From an uncultured Chloroflexia bacterium (GTDB lineage Bacteria; Chloroflexota; Chloroflexia; Thermomicrobiales; UBA6265), in NCBI GenBank assembly GCA_963751075.1, contig CAVVTE010000013.1, positions 610,773 through 674,772 on the forward strand: a stretch of 64,000 nt of DNA. Direction: 5' to 3'. This document shows, piece after piece, positions 13,892 through 23,933 of the stretch. The position numbers and the translations under genes were made by a program. How positions within the stretch are numbered: the stretch's first letter is position 1; each line of letters opens with the position of its first letter. The notes beneath the pieces are model-generated. The model saw nothing but the letters and a program-made list of their open reading frames with translations, was not told the DNA's origin and did no database searches.

Positions 13892-15595
13892 CTAGTTCTT
13901 GCGCCTCTTGCCATCTTTCTTGGTCTTCCTCACGTCACCATCCCTCGCCTTCGGCTTATGATCCTCACTTGTTCTCCCCGAACTCAAGCCCGCTCCTGGC
14001 GAGGAATCGACATAGATCCCAGGGCGAGTCCGATCTGCCGCTTCCTGAACTTCGAAGAGTGAGACCGTAAGAGCGTTTACCTGCCATGCCCCGACCAACT
14101 CTCCCGCGCCTTGCACCTCAGCAGGAATCTCCCCACGGGGACTATCGCCTATGAACCCCTGAATCACCCAAACCCTTCTACTATTCTCCAAAACCGTCGC
14201 AATGTCATAAATGCGCAAATCGCTCTTATTCATAATTCTTCCCCAAACCGCGGTACCAAATGGCACGTCCATTACATTTCGATCACAATAGTAGTAACAA
14301 AAAGCTCCCATAAAACGTTCAGGCGCGGCAATGATGGCGTCCTTCTCCTCCACCTGAGAAGTTACAATTTCCGCCGCTCGTCGAAAGTCCTCCTCCCAGA
14401 ATCCGTCGTTTCGGTTGATATTTGTGAAGTACGATTCCATGTTTAGCGCCACAATCAGAACAAGTAACATCACCCGTATTGCTGTCCTAGTTGACGAAAT
14501 ACTCATCGCCATAAGTATGAATAACGGAAATGTTACAAACAATAGGTTTCTCGTCAAAAAGAGGGATGCGTGTGGCAGAAATGGCAATCGAACATAGGGT
14601 TGACTAATCAGAAAAGATATGCCCGTTGGAAACACAACACCAGGAAATGAGAAAGGAAATCTCCAGAGTCTTCGTTCTCATATAATGGCGCATCTCACAA
14701 GCACCAGCGATGAAAACAATGGCAATGATAGTTAGTGCAATAAGCGCGTAATAATTTAGCGTAAATGGTTCGGCTGGAATAAACGGTTGCTCCCATTCAT
14801 CCCCGAACGAAACAATGAATTGATTCAACGATCGCCAAAGTGCCCCAATGGTTGCTGGAGGCACCCAAGATAATGATGGGATAAATTTGGTTTGGATATG
14901 AAGGATGGCATCCATGGCAGGAATAACAGCAACACTCCTAGCTGACTGAGACTCCACGGTATTATCTTCTTTTCCCTTATAATTATTTTCGAATTTATCA
15001 ACACGGCGAAGTTTATTGCAATGCTAAACCAAATAGCCCCAGTGTTAGTCCATAGTGCAAGTGCCTGGAAAATTACAAGCATAATCCAATCTATCTTCTT
15101 GCTATTTTTCAAAGACCGTATGGCAAACAATCCTGATGAAAGAATAAAGAACGATACCAGAGCATACAGTTTTACTTCTCTTGAATACCAGATATGGATA
15201 GGCGAAACGGCTAATAATAGAGATGATATTAGTGCCACTTTTTGTTAATTATTTCTCTTCCTATTTTGTATATTATATATATACTTACAGTTCCTAAAAT
15301 TGCGGATGGGAGGCGTAGTGCCATTTCGTCTCGGCCCAGGGAAATCACGAGACGGAGTAGGATCGTATATAGTGGCGGGTGCAAGATCTTCGTTCTGAAC
15401 CGTTGATAGAAGATGTTCCCAAGATCGATTGGCGTACCAATAGCTGTAGGCTTCGTCTTCCCATAGGCTCCAGTTATTTAATGATCGAAATCGAAGGATT
15501 GCGCCGATGCCAATGATTAGGAGTAGAAGGGTATTGTAAAGAGTAGCGTTGTGGCGCACTGCATCCCCCGGTAGCCCGTGACTGTAAGTGAGCAA
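13892..15595 (-). pseudogene. GT-C fold membrane glycosyltransferase (PMT_2/GT39-ArnT-like) in an AT-rich island, at least 4 frame changes
   Basis: Four ORF pieces: 15245..15595, 14825..15238, 14604..14957 and 13892..14635. A hidden third-frame stretch reads DLHPPLYTILLRLVISLGRDEMALRLPSAILGTVSIYIIYKIGRE. WEDEAYSYWYA is the GT-C loop motif. One lesion is a missing base in the T5 run at 15237-15243. Confidence 0.7.
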
Positions 15596-16904
15596 GCGTT
15601 GAGGCAGACAGCGTCCGCCAGGCGTAGCACCCGTAGAGTCGATGGATTTACGTACGCGACAGGGAGGTATAGTTATGGTGTTTCAGCCCGTTTACAGTTC
15701 ATTGAACGTTGGAATGCTGCAGGCTACCACGAAGCCCCCCGGAGATCTCGTCGGATCAGGGCAATGGTGGGGTAGCTTGGCGGTTCACGCAAGGGTGCTG
15801 ACCGAGTAGACCTTGCAATTAGCCCAGCGTGTCCTTGTCACGATACGGAGCGGGGCGGGATTCCGGACGACACCGGTTTGGATGGGTTGTAGGTCATTGC
15901 CATCGCATATTTGCGCACGATTCCGTCAAGGTTCTGCCCAGGACGTCTCTTCAGTATGGGATCAATGACTCAGCCATCCCGGAAGAGATTCTGGACATCA
16001 TAGAATGTGGACATTCGCAGTCTCGGGGCAGTGCCATCCAATCTAACATGCACCCGATATCAAGGCCCGGAGTGTGGACTCACACGGGCCTTCAGACGAG
16101 ACCTTCCTCGAGCATGCGGCCGCCGGATATGAACTACTCCTCCGGGAGGCTAGGTAGCTCCCCACCTGTCGTAGCTTCGCCAACGTCAATAACCGCCACT
16201 GCTCCGAGGCCGTCAGCGCGAAAGGTACCCCGGCTGGCAGCTACGCCCGCTCCAAACTGTTGGCACCGCCAGTCTGGGCGTCGTCTCGGACACCTTCAGG
16301 ATCATCAGTCCAAATCCGTGGGGAATGACGAGTCGCTCGAGCACGATCATCAGCCCGTGAACCAGCCCTGACCGTCGCGAAAACGGCCAGGGTACGCCCA
16401 GCGCCCAGGTGTCGAGTAGCATCCCTTCAAACAGGTGAACAAGGTCAGCCTGTTCTCTCGCTTTCATTCGTGGCGGTTCATATGCGGTGACTGGTCGAAC
16501 CGATCGTGCGTCATGCCAGTACACGACACCAAATTCACGGCGACACCTCGATGTCCCACGGCCAACGCTGGGAGCCGAGTTCATGAAACGCGGAGAGTCG
16601 TTCAGAATGGCGGCTCATTACCCGTTTGGACAGTAGAGGGCACCGGCGCTCTGGACGGGCGCAAAGTGACGACAAAAAATTTGTGTCAGCAACTCTCCGG
16701 GTTCATTTGGGATCGAAATTCGTGCGGCGATGCGGCCTATTATCTCACCGCAAACGGTTGTTGGGGTCTTTCCGCCTAGGCTCGATATGGAAGACACTAT
16801 CAGCTTTCACCACGCGTGCACGTGACCAATTTCGAAGCCGCAACCGAGGTGATGGTATGTATAAGGTCACTTGGAACCTAAGAATTGCACGAGGCTAGCG
16901 TGCA

Positions 16905-17723
16905 ATGATCACTGAATCGATCGGGGATCAGGAAACGCTTTCCCGCTGCATCAGGCAGATCATCCTCAAGCAATCCAGGCGCGCGCATGTCGGTCATATT
17001 GGTTCTGCCTTGTCGATTGCCGACATCATTACCGCCTTGTATGGAGGGATCCTGAATATTCTGGATCCTGACGCTCGAGATCGAGATCGGTTCATCCTCT
17101 CCAAAGGTCACGCGGCCCTATCACTCTACGCCGCGCTCTACATGAAGGGGTGGCTAAGTCAGGCTCAATTGGATACCTACTGCGGCGACGGCACGCTCCT
17201 GGGCGTCCACCCGGAGCATCAATTGCGCGGTGTCGACTTTTCGACCGGGTCGCTCGGACACGGTCTCTCCTTCGGCGTAGGCGCCGCCTTGGCGGCGCGT
17301 CTGCTGGGCTCGACTCGCCGAACGTTCGTGCTCGTGAGCGATGCAGAGTGCAACGAGGGTTCGCTTTGGGAAGCAGTCATGTTTGCCGCCCATCACGGGC
17401 TTGCGAACCTGGTTGCCATTATTGACCTCAACGGACAACAAGCACTCGGTTACACGGACGACGTGCTAAGCCTCACCCCGATGGCCAATCGCTGGAAGGC
17501 GTTCGGTTGGGATGTCCACGAAGTGGACGGGCACTGCATCCCCGCGATCGGGGAGACGATCGCGGGCCTGAACACCAGCGCCGGGCAGCCCCATGTTCTG
17601 GTAGCCCGAACCGTATTCGGTAAGGGCGTCTCTTACATGGAGCGGCAGATCAAGTGGCATTATTTACCGATGACTGAAGAGCAGTACCACCAGGCGCTGG
17701 CCGAGATCGCGACCTCAGTATGA
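16905..17723 (+). CDS. Transketolase, N-terminal (ThDP-binding) subunit
   Basis: Intact 272 aa with GHIGSALSIADI, LSKGHAALSLYA and SDAECNEGSLWEA. Confidence 0.88.
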   Translation: MITESIGDQETLSRCIRQIILKQSRRAHVGHIGSALSIADIITALYGGILNILDPDARDRDRFILSKGHAALSLYAALYMKGWLSQAQLDTYCGDGTLLGVHPEHQLRGVDFSTGSLGHGLSFGVGAALAARLLGSTRRTFVLVSDAECNEGSLWEAVMFAAHHGLANLVAIIDLNGQQALGYTDDVLSLTPMANRWKAFGWDVHEVDGHCIPAIGETIAGLNTSAGQPHVLVARTVFGKGVSYMERQIKWHYLPMTEEQYHQALAEIATSV

Positions 17724-18664
17724 GGGCGTCGTTTGCGGCAACGATCACAGAACTGGCGGAGCGAGACGAGCGGATCCTGTTGCTGACCAGTGACCTCGGG
17801 TTCATGGCACTTGAGCCGTTCATCGACCGTTTCCCGCAGCGTTTTTTCAACGTCGGCGTTGCAGAACAGAATATGGTGGGGGTCGCAACGGGGCTGGCCG
17901 AGGCGGGATTCATCCCGTTCGTCTATTCGATCGTTACGTTTGCATCGCTGCGCCCATACGAATTCATCCGCAATGGTCCACTCCAGCACAAGTTGCCGGT
18001 CCGTATCGTAGGGATTGGCGGAGGATTTGAGTATGGCACGGCCGGAGTAAGTCATTACGGGCTTGAGGATATCGGCGTAATGCGCATCCAACCGGGCATG
18101 ACCATCATTGCGCCAGCAGACCACCAACAAACCCGGACAGCCCTCCTGACCTCATACGATCTTCCAGGTCCGATCTATTACCGGCTTGGTAAGGACGACA
18201 AGACAACGATCCCCGGCCTCGACGGCCGCTTTGACCTTGGCCGAGCTCAGACCATCTGCACAGGCGAAGATGTGTTGTTTGTCACGATGGGTGGCGTCGC
18301 CTCGGATACTGCGGCCGCCGCAGAGAGGCTCAGAGCGCAGGGAATTGCAAGCACCGTGATGGTGGTCGCCAGCGTCAATCCGGCGCCGGTGAACGACCTC
18401 ATTGACGCTATCTCCGCGTTTCCCCTGGTCGTGACCGTCGAGGCGCACTATGCGATCGGTGGTCTCGGCTCCCTGGTCGCCGAGGTGATTGGCGAGCATC
18501 AATTGAGCTGCCGGCTGGTTCGCTGTGCAGTGCGGGATCCACCCGACGGAGTATCTGGCAGTCAGGCATTCTTGCATCACGCGCACGGGCTGTCCGTTGA
18601 GCGAATCGCTCAAACTGCCAATCGAGAGTTCGTGCGTAGTGGACGAAGAAACGGAACGTTCTAG
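17720..18664 (+). CDS. Transketolase, C-terminal (pyrimidine-binding) subunit
   Basis: Intact 314 aa with FFNVGVAEQNMVGVATGLA. There is a 4-nt overlap with the upstream subunit gene. Confidence 0.88.
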   Translation: MRASFAATITELAERDERILLLTSDLGFMALEPFIDRFPQRFFNVGVAEQNMVGVATGLAEAGFIPFVYSIVTFASLRPYEFIRNGPLQHKLPVRIVGIGGGFEYGTAGVSHYGLEDIGVMRIQPGMTIIAPADHQQTRTALLTSYDLPGPIYYRLGKDDKTTIPGLDGRFDLGRAQTICTGEDVLFVTMGGVASDTAAAAERLRAQGIASTVMVVASVNPAPVNDLIDAISAFPLVVTVEAHYAIGGLGSLVAEVIGEHQLSCRLVRCAVRDPPDGVSGSQAFLHHAHGLSVERIAQTANREFVRSGRRNGTF

Positions 18665-18747
18665 TCGCACAGTCACTCCACCTAGCTCGTGCCGGAGCAA
18701 CTCCGAAGGCCCAATCCGATGAGACGCTACGATGGTGTCCAAAAGCA

Positions 18748-19719
18748 ATGAGTGCACCGGCGATCAAACTTAGTGCCGTGATAGCGTGCTACCGGGACGC
18801 CCCTGCCATGCCCGTCATGCACCGTCGCTTGACGGACGTCTTCGAGGCGTTGCAAGTCCGCTACGAAATCATCGTTGTCAACGACCGAAGCCCAGACAAT
18901 GCGGCGGAGGTGCTGGCTGACCTGGCAGCCCAGGATCCCCACGTCGTCGTCATCAATCACACACGGAACTTCGGATCCCAAAGTGCGTTTACCAGCGGCA
19001 TGCGCATCGCGACTGGCGACGCCGTGGTCTTGCTGGACGGTGATTTGCAAGATCCGCCAGAATTGATCGCCGCCTTTTACGAGAAGTGGCGACAAGGTTA
19101 TGACGTTGTCTATGGGGTAAGGGTCCAGCGCGAAGCCAGTCACTTCTTGCGACTGGCGTATAAGTCCTTCTATCGAGTCTTCCGCGCGGCGTCTTACGTC
19201 CCGGTGCCACTCGATGCTGGGGATTTCTCGCTCATGGATCGCCGAGTTGTCAACGCCTTGAATGCTCTGCCAGAAAACACCCGGTTTCTACGAGGTCTTC
19301 GCACATGGGTGGGGTTTAGCCAAACCGGCGTCGACTACGTTCGCCCGGAACGGATGTTCGGAGTCACGACCAACTCGCTGTTGAAGAACTTTTCCTGGGC
19401 ACAGAGGGCGATTTTTTCGTTTTCGTATGCACCACTTACCTTGATCACAGTCGCCGGGTTAGTAGTGACGGTGCTGGCATTTGTCGGTGCCGCCGCCCAG
19501 CTCATCCTAAGGTTCGTTCGCCCCGAACTTGCCCCGGCAGGCATTACTACCGTTCTCTTGGTAATCCTGTTCTTAGGGGGGATCCAACTATTGAGTCTGA
19601 GCGTAATCGGAGGTTACTTAGGCCACATCTACGACGAAGTCAAGCGCCGCCCACCGTATATTGTTGAGTCGATCTTGAATGACCCGTCCAGCAGGGAGCA
19701 GGTTCCTGATGAACCGTAG
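18748..19719 (+). CDS. GT2 polyprenyl-phosphate glycosyltransferase (GtrB/CsbB/ArnC-like)
   Basis: Intact 323 aa with IVVNDRSPDN, LDGDLQDPPELI and WVGFSQTGVDYVRPERMFG. It ends in two TM helices and GGYLGHIYDEVKRRPPYIV. Confidence 0.85.
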   Translation: MSAPAIKLSAVIACYRDAPAMPVMHRRLTDVFEALQVRYEIIVVNDRSPDNAAEVLADLAAQDPHVVVINHTRNFGSQSAFTSGMRIATGDAVVLLDGDLQDPPELIAAFYEKWRQGYDVVYGVRVQREASHFLRLAYKSFYRVFRAASYVPVPLDAGDFSLMDRRVVNALNALPENTRFLRGLRTWVGFSQTGVDYVRPERMFGVTTNSLLKNFSWAQRAIFSFSYAPLTLITVAGLVVTVLAFVGAAAQLILRFVRPELAPAGITTVLLVILFLGGIQLLSLSVIGGYLGHIYDEVKRRPPYIVESILNDPSSREQVPDEP

Positions 19720-19728
19720 GCTGAATCT

Positions 19729-20649
19729 GTGACACCAATTTCGGCGCTCGTCGAGACACAGTGCGCTATCTGCGGAACTACGGGCAATTCGCATGAGCTT
19801 TATCCGGCGAACTTCGCATTGGGTGACCTCAATGCACTGACCTTCTCCGCACGCCGGCTTCCAGACGGCATTCGGTACCGCCTCGTTCAGTGCCGGACAT
19901 GTGGGCTTGTGCGCTCCGACCCGGTGATTGCCGCCGAAGGCATGGCCGCGCTGTATCGAGACAGTACGCTTAATTACGGTGAAGAAATCGACAACCTTCG
20001 GCAGACCTATGGTGAGGTGCTGGACCGGTTGTCGGAGTTCGGCGGAAAGCGTGACAGCCTATTGGAAATCGGCAGCGGCAATGGATTCATGCTCGAAGAG
20101 GCTCTGAAGCGGGGCTACTCACGAGTCAGGGGCGTTGAACTAAGTCATTCAGCTGCAGATGCGGCCCCGCCGACCATTGACGAGCTGATCGTCAGAGACA
20201 TGTTGAGACCCGGTATGTTCCCAGAGTCTTCCTTCGACGTCGTGTGTCTCTTCCAGACCTTCGACCATATCCCCGATCCTGGGGCGCTTCTTGATGAATG
20301 TCGACGGCTGTTGAACCCAAACGGTCTGTTCGTTGCTCTCAATCACAATGTTCGCGCAATTTCCGCAAGACTACTGCGCAGCAAGAGCCCTATTGTTGAC
20401 ATTGAGCACACCTATCTGTACTCCCCTGAGACGATCACCCGGATTGTCCGAGATCATCGCTTCCAAGTGCTGCAGGTTGGGCCTGTTCGAAACCGATACT
20501 CCATCCATTACCTGAGCAGGCTCTTACCGCTCCCAGAAATGGCAAAAGAGCATCTACTTGGGATGCTTAGTCGCACGAGGTTTGGCCGAATTACCTTGTC
20601 TGTTCCACTCGGAAACCTCCTGCTCGTTGCGAGGAAGCTTGGAGAATGA
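19729..20649 (+). CDS. Class I SAM-dependent methyltransferase with an N-terminal Cys4 zinc-ribbon-like motif
   Basis: CAICG...CRTCG, then LLEIGSGNGFMLEEA and VVCLFQTFDHIPDP. Confidence 0.75.
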   Translation: MTPISALVETQCAICGTTGNSHELYPANFALGDLNALTFSARRLPDGIRYRLVQCRTCGLVRSDPVIAAEGMAALYRDSTLNYGEEIDNLRQTYGEVLDRLSEFGGKRDSLLEIGSGNGFMLEEALKRGYSRVRGVELSHSAADAAPPTIDELIVRDMLRPGMFPESSFDVVCLFQTFDHIPDPGALLDECRRLLNPNGLFVALNHNVRAISARLLRSKSPIVDIEHTYLYSPETITRIVRDHRFQVLQVGPVRNRYSIHYLSRLLPLPEMAKEHLLGMLSRTRFGRITLSVPLGNLLLVARKLGE

Positions 20650-21380
20650 GCAAAAGTGTGGGCGTTGACCCAAGCGTCGAAGCCTTCAACCGTGATGCGG
20701 TGGAGCATGCGGGTTACCGGTATAACAACCAAGACCAGCTGAGTTGTCGGTTGGCCACTGCGCGCTGGTGGGAGGTCCTGACGGCTCTCGGCGGATTCAG
20801 GGTCCTTTCCTTCATCGACATCGGATGTGGCGACGGCTATTGGACGATCAAGTTTTATGACGAATTGCGTCCATCCCGGATGGTCGCCATTGATGCGGCA
20901 CCCGCGGCAATTGCCCTCGCCGTCGAACGAAGCGGTAACCGTTCAATTCAGTTCCAGGTCGCTGATGCCCATCACCTTCCAGTTCCTGATGACTCTTTCG
21001 ATGTCGCACTCCTACAGGCGGTGCTCCATCACGACGACGCGCCGTGGGACATCATCCGCGAGGCATTCAGGGTCGCGAGAAAAATCGTAGTCCTTGAACC
21101 GAACGGCAACAATTTGGGGTTGAAGCTGATCGAGCGCGCGTCTCAATACCATCAAGAACATGGTGAGCGATCCTATCGACCTCATTTACTCCATCGATGG
21201 GTTGAAGACGCCGGCGGCCGTGTGGTGGCGCGCAAACTGGCGGGATTTGTCCCGATGTTCTGTCCGGACTGGATGGCACGGTCGATGAAGGCCCTAGAGC
21301 CCGTGGTCGAGTTGACGCCGGGCATACGTGAGCTCGGCTGCGCGATCTACGTGTTTGTTGCTGACCGTCCGAGCATCTAG
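20646..21380 (+). CDS. Class I SAM-dependent methyltransferase (Methyltransf_11-like)
   Basis: FIDIGCGDGYWT and LQAVLHHDD. There is a 4-nt overlap with the upstream gene. Confidence 0.75.
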   Translation: MSKSVGVDPSVEAFNRDAVEHAGYRYNNQDQLSCRLATARWWEVLTALGGFRVLSFIDIGCGDGYWTIKFYDELRPSRMVAIDAAPAAIALAVERSGNRSIQFQVADAHHLPVPDDSFDVALLQAVLHHDDAPWDIIREAFRVARKIVVLEPNGNNLGLKLIERASQYHQEHGERSYRPHLLHRWVEDAGGRVVARKLAGFVPMFCPDWMARSMKALEPVVELTPGIRELGCAIYVFVADRPSI

Positions 21381-21381
21381 G

Positions 21382-22350
21382 GTGAGGCGCGTTGTCGTAA
21401 CCGGCGCGACCGGGTTCGTTGGCGCCAACCTCACCCGTCGCCTCCTACGTGACGGGCACGAGGTGCATCTTTTGGTCCGACCTGGACATGCGTCCTGGCG
21501 CATCGATGAGATCCGTGCAGACGTGCAAATCCACACGGTGGACTTCGCCGACATGGGCGAGGTTGCTCGCGTAGTCGACAGGGTTCGCCCCGAGTGGGTT
21601 TTCCACCTCGCGGCATACGGAGCCTATTCGTCGCAGAGCGATCTCGGTCTGATGGCACAAACGAATGTGATCGGGACCATGAACGTCGTGCAGGCGTGCT
21701 TGCGCTCTGGTTTCGAGGCCTTCGTCAATACCGGATCGTCGTCTGAGTATGGTTACAAAGGCTATGCACCGGCCGAAACCGAATGGCTCGAACCGAACAG
21801 TTATTACGCCGTCACGAAGGCCGCGGCAACCCTTTTCTGCCGCTACACCGCGCAGGCCGAAGGGGTGCATCTCCCAACTCTGCGCCTCTACTCGGTCTAT
21901 GGACCATTCGAGGAGCCGACGCGGTTGATGCCCTCGCTCATCGTGCCTGGGCTGAGCGGTGAGCTGCCGCCACTTGTCGACCCCGACATCGCTCGCGACT
22001 ATGTCTATGTGGAGGATGTCTGCGATGCCTTTCTCTTCGCGGCAACCCAATCGAAACAGGAACTGGGCGCGATCTACAACGTCGGGACCGGAACCCAAAC
22101 CTCGTTACGCGAGTTGATCGCGTTGGCGCGCGGAATCTTGCCGATCAGCGTCAAGCCGCAGTGGGGATCGATGCCAAGTCGCCTTTGGGACACTGCCACC
22201 TGGGTCGCCGACAGCCGAAAGATCCAGCGCAATTTGGGGTGGCGGCCTCATTACGGCCTCGAGTCGGGTTTCCGCAGCATGGTCGACTGGTTCCAAGACA
22301 ATCCCGAGCGCTTGGCGTTCTACCACTCCCAACAGGCGACGGCGCCCTGA
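21382..22350 (+). CDS. NAD-dependent epimerase/dehydratase (extended SDR)
   Basis: A GTG at 21382, in frame within ORF 21328..22350, gives VRRVVVTGATGFVGANL. The catalytic YAVTK motif is present. The ORF is intact. Confidence 0.8.
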   Translation: MRRVVVTGATGFVGANLTRRLLRDGHEVHLLVRPGHASWRIDEIRADVQIHTVDFADMGEVARVVDRVRPEWVFHLAAYGAYSSQSDLGLMAQTNVIGTMNVVQACLRSGFEAFVNTGSSSEYGYKGYAPAETEWLEPNSYYAVTKAAATLFCRYTAQAEGVHLPTLRLYSVYGPFEEPTRLMPSLIVPGLSGELPPLVDPDIARDYVYVEDVCDAFLFAATQSKQELGAIYNVGTGTQTSLRELIALARGILPISVKPQWGSMPSRLWDTATWVADSRKIQRNLGWRPHYGLESGFRSMVDWFQDNPERLAFYHSQQATAP

Positions 22351-22473
22351 GTCACAATAGGTTAATGCAAGGGGCAATAGGTTCGAGTCCTCTCGAGCGT
22401 AGCGGTGACGGGCGCATCGGGCCGTTGACTCAATTTCACTAAATGGCGAAAGTTCCCAGGTCGCCGGGCACAG

Positions 22474-22520
22474 CCGGGACGAGCCGGGGAATAGTCGTCC
22501 CGGTGTTAGTCTTTGACTTT
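22474..22520 (+). terminator. Candidate intrinsic terminator after the 16.9-22.35 kb gene block
   Basis: A perfect 9-bp stem, CCGGGACGA (22474-22482) with TCGTCCCGG (22495-22503), is followed by the T-rich stretch tgttagtctttgacttt. Confidence 0.4.
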
Positions 22521-22809
22521 GATATTGTCTCACTACTCATCTCGCAGAATGCCAGACGGGAACACCGGTCACGCACAGGATCCTATCGCCAAGAATCAGC
22601 GCGCCGCGGAGTTGATGCCGATGGCGCCGGTTGGACAGGTGGGTAGCGCCAGTTCTCACCCTATCTCTGCGCCGATCAGAACACTCATTCTTTAGCGGCG
22701 ACTCCCGGACTACTGCAGTGCGAAAACTGCGTCTGTAATGCAATCCGGGCAATCTGCAAAGCGTCACTGCTTCGCCGGCCATGAACTCAGGTTGTAAAGT
22801 ACGGAAGAC

Positions 22810-23604
22810 ATGAATGCGACGGCTGTTGATCAAGGTGAAGTGACAGGACGAGCGTCGCTTCGTCATTCTCTAGGACAGGAACGATTGCGCAAGCATGGAG
22901 GAGACGTGATTAAGAATGCTCTCGTAGTTGTTCTCCGGTCATTACTTGAGCTCCCTCGTAAGATCACCGTGAGGCGCTTTCATCAGCTCTACTACGGCAC
23001 GCCGGATCAGACATGGCGCAATACTTTCTGGTTTGGTACTCCTGTCCAGAAATGCCCACTCGATCTCTGGATCTATCAAGAGATCATCCACGAAACGCGC
23101 CCGGATCTCATTATCGAGACAGGAAGTTTGGCCGGGGGCAGCGCTCACTTTCTGGCCTCGATGCTCGACACGATTGGCCAGGGAGAGGTTCTCAGCATCG
23201 ATATCATCAAGAACCCTAGCCGACCGTCGCATCCGCGACTCACGTATCTCACCGGCTCGTCGACCGACGCTAGCATCGTGGCAGAAGTGACCGAGCGCGC
23301 CCGTAGTAAGCACTCGGTCATGGTCATCCTTGACTCGGATCATCAACAGGCACACGTTCTGGAAGAATTGCGCTTGCTGGCGCCGCTGGTGACCGGGGGC
23401 AACTATGTCATCGTCGAAGACACGAACCTCAATTGGCATCCGGTCCGCCCTCTCAACGGACCGGGACCGAAAGAAGCCGTGGATCGCTTTCTCGAGGAGA
23501 ACAGCGACTTCTCTGCCGATCGCGATCGGGAGAAATTGTTGATGACTTTCAACCCGGGCGGCTACTTGCGCCGCCGATTGCGTGAAGAGACATCGTACGG
23601 GTGA
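22810..23604 (+). CDS. CmcI / cephalosporin-hydroxylase-family methyltransferase (rhamnosyl O-methyltransferase-like)
   Basis: WFGTPVQKCPLDLWIYQEIIHETRPDLIIETGSLAGGSA and MVILDSDH are characteristic of the family. The ORF is intact. Confidence 0.8.
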   Translation: MNATAVDQGEVTGRASLRHSLGQERLRKHGGDVIKNALVVVLRSLLELPRKITVRRFHQLYYGTPDQTWRNTFWFGTPVQKCPLDLWIYQEIIHETRPDLIIETGSLAGGSAHFLASMLDTIGQGEVLSIDIIKNPSRPSHPRLTYLTGSSTDASIVAEVTERARSKHSVMVILDSDHQQAHVLEELRLLAPLVTGGNYVIVEDTNLNWHPVRPLNGPGPKEAVDRFLEENSDFSADRDREKLLMTFNPGGYLRRRLREETSYG

Positions 23605-23933
23605 TGACAATAGCTATGGATTCCCTGGGATTCGTCCGTCGTGGCCAGTGATTATGAGGGCTACATGTAGCGTCGATGGCTCCAAATAGGAGGCATCCCA
23701 TTTACGCGTCAATTCGACATGTCGAGAGCCGTGTTCCTAGTGGATTGACGGTCAGGGGTGGGCTCTGATCCTGCGATCATGAAGAAGAAGCATCCGGTCG
23801 TCCAGACCCACCCCAAGTGGCCGTCACTACTGTAGACACACGGCGCGGTCGGGCTATCGTTAGCAGCCCTCACCGTGCCGGGTCACTAGGGGCGGTACGC
23901 AGGATGGCGCCAGCTGAGTGCTGGGGCAGAAAT

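Noticed and set aside
22375-22410. tRNA-like T-arm (ATAGGTTCGAGTCCTCT) with a nearby 9-nt direct repeat caataggtt, a possible att-site remnant
   Set aside because: I could not fold a cloverleaf. There is no complementary 5' acceptor strand, no CCA-compatible 3' end, and the T-stem has a mismatch. At most it is a degraded fragment; tRNAscan or Infernal would settle it.
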